This document shows, piece by piece, positions 1 to 9,691 of a DNA stretch of 64,000 bases; position 1 is the stretch's first letter, and every line of letters begins with the position of its first letter. Location: assembly GCA_965248695.1 (NCBI GenBank), contig CBDFKD010000002.1, forward strand, positions 3,712,001 to 3,776,000, given 5' to 3'. Under the pieces are notes generated by a model. It ran no database searches. It had not been told where the DNA came from and worked only from the letters and a program-made list of their open reading frames with translations. The position numbers and the translations under genes are program-made. The stretch is from Acidobacteriota bacterium (GTDB taxonomy: Bacteria > Acidobacteriota > UBA890 > WLXD01).

Positions 1-1603
1 CACGCTGTTGCGCGAGCTCGTCGTTGGCCGCCGCGGCTCCCGCCGCGTCGCTGTAGCCGGTTACCGCCACAGTGGCGCTCGGGTTCTGCCGCAGTAGCAG
101 CGCCACGTCGTCAAGGATGGCCTTGCAGCGATTGTCTATGCGAGTGCTTCCCGAGGTGAAGTCGTAGCAATCGAACGGCCGTTCGTCGGGCGTCAGGTCC
201 GGTACCACCGGAATCTCGACATTGACGCGCACCGAGCAATCGTCGGTAGCGCCACGACCGTCGCTGGCTCTGGCGGTGATGTTCCCCGATCCTGCCGGCA
301 CGCCACTGCTGTTCCACGTAACGACGTCGCCGGTGGTTGCGCTGAGCGAGCCTGCGGAGGCATTCCAGGTGACGGTTACCGCGTCGCCGTCGGGATCGTT
401 GGTCACGGCGCGCAGGCGGACGCTCTCACCCTGGCGCAGCGTCGACTGCTCGATCTCGCAGGTCAACGTCGGCGGGCGGTTCATCGGTTCGGGCTCCGGC
501 TCCGGCTCGGGCTCCGGCAACGGTGCTGCCTTGCGCTCGCTATTGGTGTACGCGAGCCCGAATAGCAGTCCCCAGCGTCGCAGCGCGCCATCAATAGCGC
601 CGGCGTCGATCTGCCAGGCGATGTCGCGCACGTTGATCTGGCTCTGATAGTTGGCCGCAGCGCTGAGCGACAAGCCGCTATCGAGCGCGGCGCGCAGGCC
701 GAATCTGTAGATCGACTGATCGGCGTAGCCGATGAAGTCGCTCTCGGTAGCGTCCCGGGTTGCAGCTATCCCAGTCCACTCGGCGATTGCCTGCAATTGA
801 CCGTCGGTCGGAAACTGCAAGCCCACGCCGTATAGGACCTCGGGGCTGACGTTGAAGTTGAACGAGGTCGGGAAGACGATCTCCGGGGCCACCAGCGAGG
901 CTCCGGTGACGTTGCGGCCGACTACGTTGGTGATCTTGACGGCGGGATCCGGCGTGTCGTGCCAGACGTATCCACCGTATGCGTTGAGGCCGAGTCGGCC
1001 GAGCGCGGTGCTGCCGATGAGCTTGCCGCCGACGCTGAACGCACCGGTGCCGATACCGTTGTTGGCGGCGGAGGTCGGTAGCTTGACCATTCCCTGCAGG
1101 GCCACGCCACCGTACTCGCGGGAGCCTCCTGCGACCTTCACCTTGATCCCCATCCAGACGTCGCCGAATCCGTTCTGGTCGCGCTGTGCCGCGAACGGGT
1201 GGTTGTTGAGGCCCGTGCAGCAAAGTGGCGGCAGGAAGTAGAGGCCGCCGCCTGCGGGGATCAGATGCATGTCCAAGAGCGTGGCCTCGGATGTGAAGCG
1301 GCGGTCGATCTCGGTGCGTGGGGTTGCGCCGAAGAAGACCTCGACGCGCTCCGCGATGCCATAGGCGCCCGAGATTCCGAATGAGGAGGTGACGGAGTCA
1401 CCTGCCTCCTGGACGGTTCGATCGTAGAAAGCGCCGAGCGACCACTTGCCAGGCTGCAGAACGCTGGCGCGCGCCACGGTAAACAGGCCGGTCGTGCCGT
1501 CCTGGGTCGGGTCGTCCTTCGTTTGCGCGAAGGCTGCAGTACTTGTCAGGGCCACGAGCGCCACGAGCGCCACGATCGCTACCCGAACCAGTGTGCGACG
1601 CAT
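1..1603 (-). CDS. OmpA-family outer-membrane protein (signal peptide, barrel-like N-terminal region, PE linker, OmpA C-terminal domain); 3' end runs off the window
   Basis: Not in the ORF track because there is no stop in the window. ATG at 1603 with GGAGG upstream; MRRTLVRVAIVALVALVALTSTAAFAQ signal peptide; same frame at the window edge reads DFTSGSTRIDNRCKAILDDVALLLRQNPSATVAVTGYSDAAGAAANDELAQQR, an OmpA peptidoglycan-binding domain pattern. Confidence 0.85.
   Translation of the reverse strand, partial: MRRTLVRVAIVALVALVALTSTAAFAQTKDDPTQDGTTGLFTVARASVLQPGKWSLGAFYDRTVQEAGDSVTSSFGISGAYGIAERVEVFFGATPRTEIDRRFTSEATLLDMHLIPAGGGLYFLPPLCCTGLNNHPFAAQRDQNGFGDVWMGIKVKVAGGSREYGGVALQGMVKLPTSAANNGIGTGAFSVGGKLIGSTALGRLGLNAYGGYVWHDTPDPAVKITNVVGRNVTGASLVAPEIVFPTSFNFNVSPEVLYGVGLQFPTDGQLQAIAEWTGIAATRDATESDFIGYADQSIYRFGLRAALDSGLSLSAAANYQSQINVRDIAWQIDAGAIDGALRRWGLLFGLAYTNSERKAAPLPEPEPEPEPEPMNRPPTLTCEIEQSTLRQGESVRLRAVTNDPDGDAVTVTWNASAGSLSATTGDVVTWNSSGVPAGSGNITARASDGRGATDDCSVRVNVEIPVVPDLTPDERPFDCYDFTSGSTRIDNRCKAILDDVALLLRQNPSATVAVTGYSDAAGAAAANDELAQQR
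487..517 (-). repeat. Pro-Glu hexanucleotide tandem repeat (PEPEPEPEP linker) in the OmpA protein
   Basis: Repeated ggctcc/ggctcg units on the + strand. Confidence 0.7.
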
Positions 1604-1712
1604 CTGAGCTACTCCTCCGGGGTGGGCACCACGGAATGGTCTCGTTCAGTCGAATGTGCGGTCGCGTTGAGCGGTCGCCAGCATCCGTTCTTTTCGGGGG
1701 ACTTCGAGCCCT

Positions 1713-1740
1713 ATTGTACACGCCGAAGTACGTTCGTCAT
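1713..1740 (-). promoter_or_regulatory. Possible sigma70 promoter for the ompA-like gene
   Basis: Minus strand reads ATGACG-N16-TACAAT about 110 bp upstream of the ATG. Confidence 0.3.
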
Positions 1741-2075
1741 GCGTCCGGGAGGTACTCAGAACGCAGAGTTTCACAGTCCACGGCAACTGCGGACGTGGGT
1801 GGACAGGGCCGGACAGGAGGGGCGCGCCTGATGCATGCGAACCGCAGCCGGAAGAGCCATTCCCGATTAGACAGGCGCGCCCACGACAGCGTCCGCGGTG
1901 CCACGGCGTGTCCCATGCTCCGCTCACCAGCGGGAGCGTCCCGCCTGCCGATTGGCGCGTCGGCTGACCTACCGTGATCGGCAGGAACGGTTAACCTTCG
2001 GTACAACGCGCTAGTTACCCTGCGCTTCTCTGTCGGCGGAGCGAGCATCGCGGGAAATCCGGAGGACCCCATCTA

Positions 2076-3710
2076 ATGTTCGACTCATCGGTTCTCTGCA
2101 GGTCGGCCATCTTCTCGATCGTTGCTGTCTCGGTCGCATCTGCCGTCGCCGCTGCCGCTCCTCAGCAAGAGGCCGAGCTCGAGCTCAGCCTTCCGGACGC
2201 GGTGCGGCTGGCGTTCGAGCACAACCTCGACATTCGCGTCGTCGGCTACGACCGGTCGCTCGACGAAGAACGCGTCACCGCCGCCAAGGGGCAGTTCGAG
2301 CCGTCGCTGTTCTTCGGTATTCCGGGGGCGATAGGAGTCACGCCCTATCCTACCGGCGGCGCCTTTGGCGGCGGTTCGGGATTCGGTGGTTTGGGATACA
2401 CCGACCAGCGGTTTCCGGCATCGACGGCCTTGGCCGGCGCAGATGTCACCACGCAGAAGTCGTTCGCCTCGTTGCTCGACTTCCAACAACAGCTCGGTTT
2501 CGGATTGCGCTACGACATCAGCTACGTCGCCTCGAGAACCGATTCCAACAGCTTCTTCAACAGCCTGAACCCGTCGTGGAACAACACCCTGGCGGTTAGC
2601 GTCGTGCAGCCGTTGTTGAATGGCCGCGGCCGCGCCGCCACGCAGGCGCCGTTGCTGTTGGCGCAGGCCAACATCGCTGTGAGCCGGGCTGCTTTCGTGG
2701 CGCAGGTCGAGCAGGTGTTGCTGCAGGTCGAGCGGGCGTACTGGGAGTTGGTGTTCGCCGAGCGCGATCTCGAGGTCAAGGAGTCGTCGAGACAGCTGGC
2801 GATCGAGCAGCTCGGGCGCACGCAGGCGCAAGTGGAGGTGGGATTGATCGCGCCGGTCGAGGCCACGCAGGCCGAGGTACAGGTCGCCGGCCGCGAGACC
2901 GATCTGATCGTGGCGCGCAACACACTCGACAACAACCGCGACGCGTTGCGAGCGCTATTGCGTGCCGATCGCTTACCGGCCGGTTGGGACACGCCCCTCT
3001 CGGCGAGCGAGGAACCAGCAGTGGTTGCCGCTGATATCGATGTCGAGAGTGCGATCCAGGAGGCGTTAGAGAACCGCGCCGAGCTGGCCATGGCGCAGGC
3101 CACCATCAGGGCGCGCCAGGTGGCCGTGAAGGCGACCCGCAATGCGCTCTTGCCGCGGATCGATCTCATCGGCCAGGTTTCGGCGAACGGCATCGGCGGC
3201 GACCTCATCGTTCGTGACGGGTTCTTCGGCGGCGAGGTGATCGACGTAGTTCCCGGCGGGTACAGCGATGCAGTGAAGCAGCTGGTCGGGCTCGACTTCA
3301 CCAGCTGGAGCGCCGGATTCAACGTCACGGTTCCGCTCGGCAATAGTGCTGCCGAAGGGACCTATGCCCAGGCCACGCTGAACGCCGACCGCGCCCGTAC
3401 AGAGCGTCTACGAACCGAGCAGCAGATTGTCCTCGAGGTTCGACGGGCTGCGCGCGGTGTGCACGCCGCGTTCGACGCGGTGGGGTCTACAGGCAAGACG
3501 CGTGAGCTGGCCGAAGAGCAGCTTCGCATCGAGACCGACCGCTTTGGCGTCGGCATGTCGACCAACTTCGAGGTGCTGCAATTCCAGGATCAGCTCGCAG
3601 TGTCGCGGTCGCAAGAGCTGCGGGCACGCATCGAATACCGGCTGTCGACTGCGGAGCTGGCGCGGGCCACGGGTACGCTGCCCGACAAGTACGGCATCCG
3701 CGTGCAATAG
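2076..3710 (+). CDS. TolC-family outer-membrane efflux protein
   Basis: Signal peptide, LSLPDAVRLAFEHNLDI, VERAYWELV, RFGVGMSTNFEVL OEP repeats; GGAGG RBS. Confidence 0.9.
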   Translation: MFDSSVLCRSAIFSIVAVSVASAVAAAAPQQEAELELSLPDAVRLAFEHNLDIRVVGYDRSLDEERVTAAKGQFEPSLFFGIPGAIGVTPYPTGGAFGGGSGFGGLGYTDQRFPASTALAGADVTTQKSFASLLDFQQQLGFGLRYDISYVASRTDSNSFFNSLNPSWNNTLAVSVVQPLLNGRGRAATQAPLLLAQANIAVSRAAFVAQVEQVLLQVERAYWELVFAERDLEVKESSRQLAIEQLGRTQAQVEVGLIAPVEATQAEVQVAGRETDLIVARNTLDNNRDALRALLRADRLPAGWDTPLSASEEPAVVAADIDVESAIQEALENRAELAMAQATIRARQVAVKATRNALLPRIDLIGQVSANGIGGDLIVRDGFFGGEVIDVVPGGYSDAVKQLVGLDFTSWSAGFNVTVPLGNSAAEGTYAQATLNADRARTERLRTEQQIVLEVRRAARGVHAAFDAVGSTGKTRELAEEQLRIETDRFGVGMSTNFEVLQFQDQLAVSRSQELRARIEYRLSTAELARATGTLPDKYGIRVQ

Positions 3711-3730
3711 CCTCGCTGGAGCCGCAGGCG

Positions 3731-4774
3731 ATGACTGGGGTGATCCGAGGGGCGCGTATTCATCGTCATGGCGATCTCGAGGAGCTCGTCGTCGACGAGC
3801 TACCAGCGCCAGATCCCGGACCCGGTGAGGTCCGTGTTCGCTTGCGGGCGGCGGCGCTCAATCACCTCGACCTGTGGGTGATCGGCGGGCTGCCTGGCAT
3901 CGACATCCCGCTCCCTCACGTAATCGGTGCCGACGGGGCCGGCGTTATCGATGCGCTCGGGACGGGGGTGGAAGGATGGTCGGTGGACGACGAAGTGGTG
4001 CTCAATCCGGGACTGTGGTGCGGCAGGTGCGCCAGCTGCATGGCCGGGGAGCAGCATCTGTGCCGCGGCTACCGGATTCTTGGCGAACATCTCGACGGGA
4101 CCGCCGCCGAAGCGGTGATCGTCCCGGCGATGAGCTGTCATCCGAGGCCACCGGGTCTGTCGTGGCACCAGTGCGCTGCGTTCCCGCTCGTTTCCTTGAC
4201 GGCATGGCGGATGCTGGTAAGCAACGCAGGTCTCAAGCCAGGCCACACCGTGCTTGTGCACGGCATCGGCGGCGGCGTCAGTCTGATTTCAATGCAGATC
4301 GCGCTCGCTGCCGGAGCAACGGTGTTCGTAACCAGCCACAGCGCCGAGAAACGCGCTCGCGCGTTGGAGCTCGGCGCTGCCGAAGCCTGGGACTACGGTG
4401 AGGTCGACATTGCGCGCCAAGCCTGGCACGCCACCGACAAGCGCGGAGTCGACATCGTGGTCGACAACGTCGGCGCGGCGACCTTCGTGAGCAGCATCGA
4501 ATCGGTGCGTCGCGGTGGCACTATAGTGACTTGTGGGACCACCAGCGGACCGCACCTGGAGATCGACGGCCGGCGTATCTTCTGGAAGCAGATCCGCATC
4601 ATCGGCTCGACAATGGGGAACGCCGACGAGTTTCGTGCCGTGCTCGGAGTCGTAGCCTCCGGCAAGGTGGCACCGGTTGTCGACAGCGTGTACCCCCTAG
4701 AAGACACGATGGACGCGTTACGCCGTCTGCAAAGTGCCCAGCAGTTTGGCAAGGTCGTCATCGATATCAGCTAG
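3731..4774 (+). CDS. Zinc-binding alcohol dehydrogenase / quinone oxidoreductase (MDR superfamily)
   Basis: ALNHLD, GADGAG, structural Zn motif CGRCASC..C, GIGGGV, QFGKVV. Confidence 0.9.
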   Translation: MTGVIRGARIHRHGDLEELVVDELPAPDPGPGEVRVRLRAAALNHLDLWVIGGLPGIDIPLPHVIGADGAGVIDALGTGVEGWSVDDEVVLNPGLWCGRCASCMAGEQHLCRGYRILGEHLDGTAAEAVIVPAMSCHPRPPGLSWHQCAAFPLVSLTAWRMLVSNAGLKPGHTVLVHGIGGGVSLISMQIALAAGATVFVTSHSAEKRARALELGAAEAWDYGEVDIARQAWHATDKRGVDIVVDNVGAATFVSSIESVRRGGTIVTCGTTSGPHLEIDGRRIFWKQIRIIGSTMGNADEFRAVLGVVASGKVAPVVDSVYPLEDTMDALRRLQSAQQFGKVVIDIS

Positions 4775-4814
4775 TGGCTGCGATATGCAACGAGCATCTG
4801 TTACAGGCCACTAA
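4771..4814. mobile_element. Internally deleted MITE remnant (family A)
   Basis: CTAG-TGGC...CGATATGCAACGAGCATCTGTTACAGGCCA-CTAA matches the termini of the 16854 element; overlaps the stop of the adh gene. Confidence 0.75.
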
Positions 4815-4882
4815 CTCCAGACTCATCCTCCACCGGCCAGCTTGGCCCTCGGCAGCCGCTAATCGGCGGGATCACGGCCCTC

Positions 4883-5731
4883 ATGCCACCTTCTCGTGCC
4901 CGCGTTTGGACCGCGTTCATCAAGGTCGAGCACACACTGTTCTCGCTTCCGATGCTCGTTGCCGGGGCGCTGTTGGCAAGCGGCGGGCAGCCGCCGTGGC
5001 GCCCGCTGGGATGGGCCGTCGTTGCGGGCATCGGCGCTCGCACGCTGGCGATGGCGCTCAACCGGCTGATCGACCGTCGCCTGGACGCGGCCAATCCGCG
5101 CACTCAGGACCGCGAGCTGCCGAGCGGCCAGCTGAGTGTCGGGGAGGGGTGGGCGATTGCGTCTGCTGGCCTGTTGATCTATCTCATCGGCTGCGCTCAG
5201 CTGCCCCCGCTCTGCTGGTGGCTGTCGCCAGTTCCGCTGGCGGTGTTCGTGGCTTACCCGTACTTGAAGCGAGTGACACCGATGGCGCACTTCGGCGTCG
5301 GCCTGGCGCTTGCGCTTGCGCCGCTGGGGGCCCATGTTGCGGTGACGGGTACGTTGGAGGCTTCCGCGCCCGCCCTGCTGCTGGCGTTGTTCACCCTGCT
5401 CTGGGTAGCTGGATTCGACATCATTTACTCGACGCTCGACGAGCAGTTCGATCGCCAAGCCGGACTCCATAGCCTTCCGTGCTGGCTCGGCAGCGCGGCG
5501 GCGTTGCGCGTCTCGGCGGCGGCTCACCTGGTTGCGGTCGGAGCGTTGTTGGTGCTGTACTTCGGCTACCTCGGCGGCGTTGTGTCAGCGGTGCTGCTTG
5601 TCGGGGTGGCGATCTTGTTGGCGGCAGAGCAACGGTTGGCTGAGCGGGTCAACCTGGCGTTCTTTCAGATCAACATCGTTGTCGGGTTTGCCGTGCTGGC
5701 GTTCGTCGTCGCCGGGCGTGCAGGGATCTAG
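4883..5731 (+). CDS. mqnP: UbiA-like polyprenyltransferase of the futalosine menaquinone pathway
   Basis: IKVEHTLFSLP, AMALNRLIDRRLDAANPRT, YPYLKR, WVAGFDIIY; located in the mqn cluster. Confidence 0.85.
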   Translation: MPPSRARVWTAFIKVEHTLFSLPMLVAGALLASGGQPPWRPLGWAVVAGIGARTLAMALNRLIDRRLDAANPRTQDRELPSGQLSVGEGWAIASAGLLIYLIGCAQLPPLCWWLSPVPLAVFVAYPYLKRVTPMAHFGVGLALALAPLGAHVAVTGTLEASAPALLLALFTLLWVAGFDIIYSTLDEQFDRQAGLHSLPCWLGSAAALRVSAAAHLVAVGALLVLYFGYLGGVVSAVLLVGVAILLAAEQRLAERVNLAFFQINIVVGFAVLAFVVAGRAGI

Positions 5732-5752
5732 TGGCATGGAGGTGACCACTAG
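5728..5752. repeat. Minimal MITE footprint (CTAG-TGG...CCA-CTAG)
   Basis: ctagtggcatggaggtgaccactag retains both terminal motifs of family A and overlaps the mqnP stop. Confidence 0.5.
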
Positions 5753-5856
5753 TGTCCGGGCTGAGGGCGCCGGTGTTGCCAGACGCAATGGGCCTTGATG
5801 ATCAGGAGCGTTAGACGCTTGACTACGTACGACACCGGTGCTCATGAGGCGGGATC

Positions 5857-6438
5857 GTGAGCGACCGGCCGACACGAATCCTCGTCGGCGTGACCGGCGC
5901 GTCGGGGGCGCCGTATGCGGTCTCGCTGCTGCGTCGAGATCTCGGCGAGACGTACCTCGTGCTGAGCAACTGGGGCCGCATGGTGCTGAAGGAGGAGACC
6001 GGTCTCAGCGAGGATGACCTGCGCCCCCTCGTACGCCGCGTCTTTTCTGACAAGGATCTGGCCAATGCGTTCGCCTCAGGCTCCAACGCGTTCGACGCCA
6101 TGATCGTTATCCCGTGCTCGTTGAGCACGATGGCTAAGATCGCCACCGGCCTCGCCGACTCGCTGATTACCCGCGCGGCGATGGTGGCGTTGAAGGAACG
6201 CCGACGCCTGGTGCTGGTGGTGCGGGAGGCTCCGTGGCCGACGAACGCGTTGGAGAACGCGGCGCGCCTGTCGCGCGACGGCGTGATCATCGTGCCGGCG
6301 TCGCCGCCCTTCTATCATCAACCCGCCGATCTGGAGCAGCTCATCGAGCATTTTGTGGACAAGGTCGCGGCGACTCTGGGAGCTGAAACGGGCCGGGCGT
6401 GGCGGCCGGAGCAGCTCGACCCGGAGCCGAGCGAGTGA
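5857..6438 (+). CDS. ubiX: Flavin prenyltransferase UbiX
   Basis: VGVTGASGA, ASGS, PCS, LITRAA..LKERRRLVL.RE.P, PPFY. Confidence 0.92.
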   Translation: MSDRPTRILVGVTGASGAPYAVSLLRRDLGETYLVLSNWGRMVLKEETGLSEDDLRPLVRRVFSDKDLANAFASGSNAFDAMIVIPCSLSTMAKIATGLADSLITRAAMVALKERRRLVLVVREAPWPTNALENAARLSRDGVIIVPASPPFYHQPADLEQLIEHFVDKVAATLGAETGRAWRPEQLDPEPSE

Positions 6439-8318
6439 GCTTCAACGATCTGCGCGGCTTCGTTGCTGCGCTCGAACAAGCCGGCGAGCTGCGACGCATC
6501 AAAGCGAGCGTCGACCCTCGTCTCGAAATCACCGCGATCGCCGATCGTGTCGTCAAGGCCGGCGGTCCGGCGTTGCTGTTCGAAAACGTTGAGGGGGCCG
6601 CCCACCCGTTGCTGATCAACGCGCTCGGTACGGAGCGGCGCGTCGAGATGGCCCTCGGGCGGCCGGCCGACGAGATCGGCGCGATGTTGCTGGCGACCGC
6701 CGAGGGTCTCAATCCGCCATCGCCGCGGGCTGTCTGGGATCTGCGTTCCAACCTGATGCAGTTGTTGCCGATGCGGACGCGCCGCGTGCGGCGGGCGCCC
6801 TGCCAAGAGGTGGTGGAGGAGCCCGATCTGGGCCAGTTCCCGGTGCAGACCTGCTGGCCGGAGGACGGCGGTCCGTTCATCACCTTCGGCCTGGTGATCA
6901 CGCGCGACCCGCTTACGGGCGAGCGCAATGTCGGCGTGTATCGCGTACAGGTGTTCGACTCGGACCTCACCGGGATGCACTGGCAGATCAACAAGGGCGG
7001 CGGATTCCACTACGCCCGCGCCGAGGCGATGGGCCAGCCGCTGCCGGTGGCGGTGGTAATCGGTGCCGACCCGGCATTGCTGCTCTCAGCCGTCGCCGCC
7101 CTGCCGGAAGGCATGGACGAGATCGCCTTCTCGGGCATCCTGCGGGGGGCACCCTGCCCCATGATGCGCTGCTCGAGTGTGGATCTGGAGGTGCCCGCCA
7201 ACGCCGAGATCATTCTGGAAGGCGAGGTGCCGCCGTTCGAGCGCCGACTGGAGGGCCCGTTCGGCGATCACTTCGGGCACTACTCTCACGCCGCGCCCTT
7301 CCCGGTGTTCAGGGTCCGGCGCATCACGCGCCGGCGCCGGCCGATCTACCTGTCGGCAGTCGTGGGCCTGCCGCCGCAAGAGGACAAGTTCATCGGCAAC
7401 GCGACACAGGACATCCTCGGGCCGCTGATCAAGCTGATCCACCACGAGATCGTCGACCTGTGGGCTTATTTCGAAGCCGGCTTCCACAACCTGCTGGTGG
7501 TGGCGGTGCGTCAACGCTTCTACAAGGAGGCCGTCAAGACCGCTCTTGCGTTGATGGGCACCGGGCAGCTGGCACTGACCAAGTGTCTGGTGCTGGTGGA
7601 CGAGACGGTTCCGGTACGCGATTTCGCCGCCGTCATGCGCGCCGTGCGGTCCAACTTCGAGCCCGAGCGAGACTTCCTGCTGCTGCCCGGCGTGCCGCTC
7701 GACACGCTCGACTTCACCAGCTATCGAATGAACCTCGGGAGCAAGATGATCCTCGACGCCACCAGCGGCCCGACGGAGGCGTTGCATGGTGCTCCCGGCG
7801 CCGATCACGACGCCGTGCGGGAGGCACTCGGTGGCGCCGTCGACGCGCCTGAGATGAGCGCCGCATTGCGCGACCCGACGCGCTACTCCGCCGGCCCGAT
7901 GGATACAGCGCCGCGCCGCAGCGATCGTGTTCCGGACCCGCGCGGCATCGATGGTCGGGTATCGGCGTACCGGGTGCTCGAGGACGCGCTCATGCTGGTG
8001 CAGGTGAGGACCGACGGTCGGGCCGTGGTCGAGCGGCTCGTCGACGTCGACCTCGGCCCCGTACGCATAGTGGCGGCCCTGAGCGATGACGTCGACCTGG
8101 ACGATCCCGACCAGAGACTCTGGGGTCTGTTTACACGCTTCGACTGCGCTCGCGACGTTGTCTTCGAGCGAACTGAGTGCCGCGGGCCGTGGACCACGTG
8201 TTACGGCACGATGGGCATCGACGCGACCTTCAAGCCGGGGTATCCAGACCGCCTCGTGATGCCGGACGAGTTGCTCGATACGGTGAGCCGCAGGTGGTCA
8301 GAATACGGGCTAGACTAA
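6435..8318 (+). CDS. mqnL: UbiD-family menaquinone biosynthesis decarboxylase
   Basis: GTG start overlapping the ubiX stop; GELRRIKASVDPRLEITAI, CWPEDGGPFIT, RNVGVYR, EGPFGDHFGHY, PPQED. Confidence 0.88.
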   Translation: MSFNDLRGFVAALEQAGELRRIKASVDPRLEITAIADRVVKAGGPALLFENVEGAAHPLLINALGTERRVEMALGRPADEIGAMLLATAEGLNPPSPRAVWDLRSNLMQLLPMRTRRVRRAPCQEVVEEPDLGQFPVQTCWPEDGGPFITFGLVITRDPLTGERNVGVYRVQVFDSDLTGMHWQINKGGGFHYARAEAMGQPLPVAVVIGADPALLLSAVAALPEGMDEIAFSGILRGAPCPMMRCSSVDLEVPANAEIILEGEVPPFERRLEGPFGDHFGHYSHAAPFPVFRVRRITRRRRPIYLSAVVGLPPQEDKFIGNATQDILGPLIKLIHHEIVDLWAYFEAGFHNLLVVAVRQRFYKEAVKTALALMGTGQLALTKCLVLVDETVPVRDFAAVMRAVRSNFEPERDFLLLPGVPLDTLDFTSYRMNLGSKMILDATSGPTEALHGAPGADHDAVREALGGAVDAPEMSAALRDPTRYSAGPMDTAPRRSDRVPDPRGIDGRVSAYRVLEDALMLVQVRTDGRAVVERLVDVDLGPVRIVAALSDDVDLDDPDQRLWGLFTRFDCARDVVFERTECRGPWTTCYGTMGIDATFKPGYPDRLVMPDELLDTVSRRWSEYGLD

Positions 8319-8353
8319 CCACCTCTGGGTATCCTCAGGAGCCGACCGGAACG

Positions 8354-9691
8354 ATGAAGCGATCCAGCGACGCGCGTCTGCAAGATGTTGTCGACAAGGT
8401 GGCGGCAGGCGAGCGTCTCGACTTCGACGACGGAATGGCCATGCTGGGCACCGATGACGTCGTCGGTCTCGGACGTATCGCCAACGCCGAGAAGGAGCGC
8501 CGCACCGGTCCGTTCGTGGGCTTCGTGCTCAATCGCCAGATCAACCCCACGAACGTCTGCGTGCTGAGCTGCAAGTTCTGCGACTTCGCCGCCAAGAAGA
8601 GCGATGACCACGCGTACGAGATGACGTTGGAACAGATCCGCCAGCGCGTGCGGGAGCCGATCCGTGAGGTCCATATCGTCGGCGGCCTGCACCCGGACTG
8701 GCCGTTCGAGCGCTACATCGAGGTGCTCGAGACCATCCGCGATGCCAACCCCGGGGCGCAGATCAAGGCCTATACCGCCGTCGAGATCGATTTCTTTGCC
8801 CGCCGCGAGAAGATCTCGGTGGAGGAGGTCTTCGATCGTCTGCAAGCGGCCGGCCTGGTGGCCATGCCGGGTGGCGGCGCCGAGGTGTTCTCGGAGCGCG
8901 TTCGACGCCAGATGTACCGCGGCAAGATCGGTCACGAACGCTGGCTGGAGATCCACGAGATCGCCCACGGCAGAGGGATCCGCACCAACGCTACCCTCTT
9001 GTACGGACATATCGAGACCCACGAGGAACGCGTCAACCACATGTTGTTGCTGCGCCAGTTGCAGGATCGCACCGGAGGGTTCTTCAGCTTCATTCCGCTG
9101 GCGTTCCAGCTCGGCTACTCCAACATCGTCGAGCGCCCGGCTTCTGCCGTCGAAGACCTCCGGACGATCGCCACGGCGCGCCTGTTACTCGACAATTTCC
9201 CGCACATCAAGGCCTACTGGGTCATGCTCGGAGAGGAGACCGCGTCGATGGCGTTGCAGTGGGGAGCCGACGACCTCGACGGCACCATCGGCGAGGAGCT
9301 CATTGCGCACGCGGCGCTGGCAAGCAGCCCGGCCGGGATGACCACTCAGCGGTTGACCAAGATGATTCGCGAGGCCGGCCGCGTTCCGGTGCAACGCGAC
9401 GCGACGTACCGGATCATCGCGGTGTACCCACCGCCGGACCCCACGGCCCACTGGTCGCAGCGGATGGAGATCGCCAGCGGCGATCCCATCGCGCTCCGTG
9501 GACAGGTGGCGGAGCCACAGGCGGTCGACGTCGAAGATCACGGGTTGTATAGCTGGGACCTGCTGGGAGATCGCGCCAGCGAGGTGCGGCGCTTGGCGCA
9601 CACCCCGCTGGGGTCGGTTGCCGACCCACACGTGCTGCCGGCACTGCCGGCGGTAGGCGAGTCTGAGGCGTACGACGCTTCCCTGACATGA
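8354..9691 (+). CDS. mqnE: Aminofutalosine synthase (radical SAM) with C-terminal extension
   Basis: INPTNVCVLSCKFC, EVHIVGGLHP, MPGGGAEVF, LLDNFPHIKAYWVM, GADDLDGT. Confidence 0.9.
   Translation: MKRSSDARLQDVVDKVAAGERLDFDDGMAMLGTDDVVGLGRIANAEKERRTGPFVGFVLNRQINPTNVCVLSCKFCDFAAKKSDDHAYEMTLEQIRQRVREPIREVHIVGGLHPDWPFERYIEVLETIRDANPGAQIKAYTAVEIDFFARREKISVEEVFDRLQAAGLVAMPGGGAEVFSERVRRQMYRGKIGHERWLEIHEIAHGRGIRTNATLLYGHIETHEERVNHMLLLRQLQDRTGGFFSFIPLAFQLGYSNIVERPASAVEDLRTIATARLLLDNFPHIKAYWVMLGEETASMALQWGADDLDGTIGEELIAHAALASSPAGMTTQRLTKMIREAGRVPVQRDATYRIIAVYPPPDPTAHWSQRMEIASGDPIALRGQVAEPQAVDVEDHGLYSWDLLGDRASEVRRLAHTPLGSVADPHVLPALPAVGESEAYDASLT

Noticed and set aside
222-1241. Plus-strand ORFs 222-647 and 852-1241
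   Set aside because: Antisense shadows of the minus-strand OmpA gene; GSGSGS mirrors its PEPEP linker.
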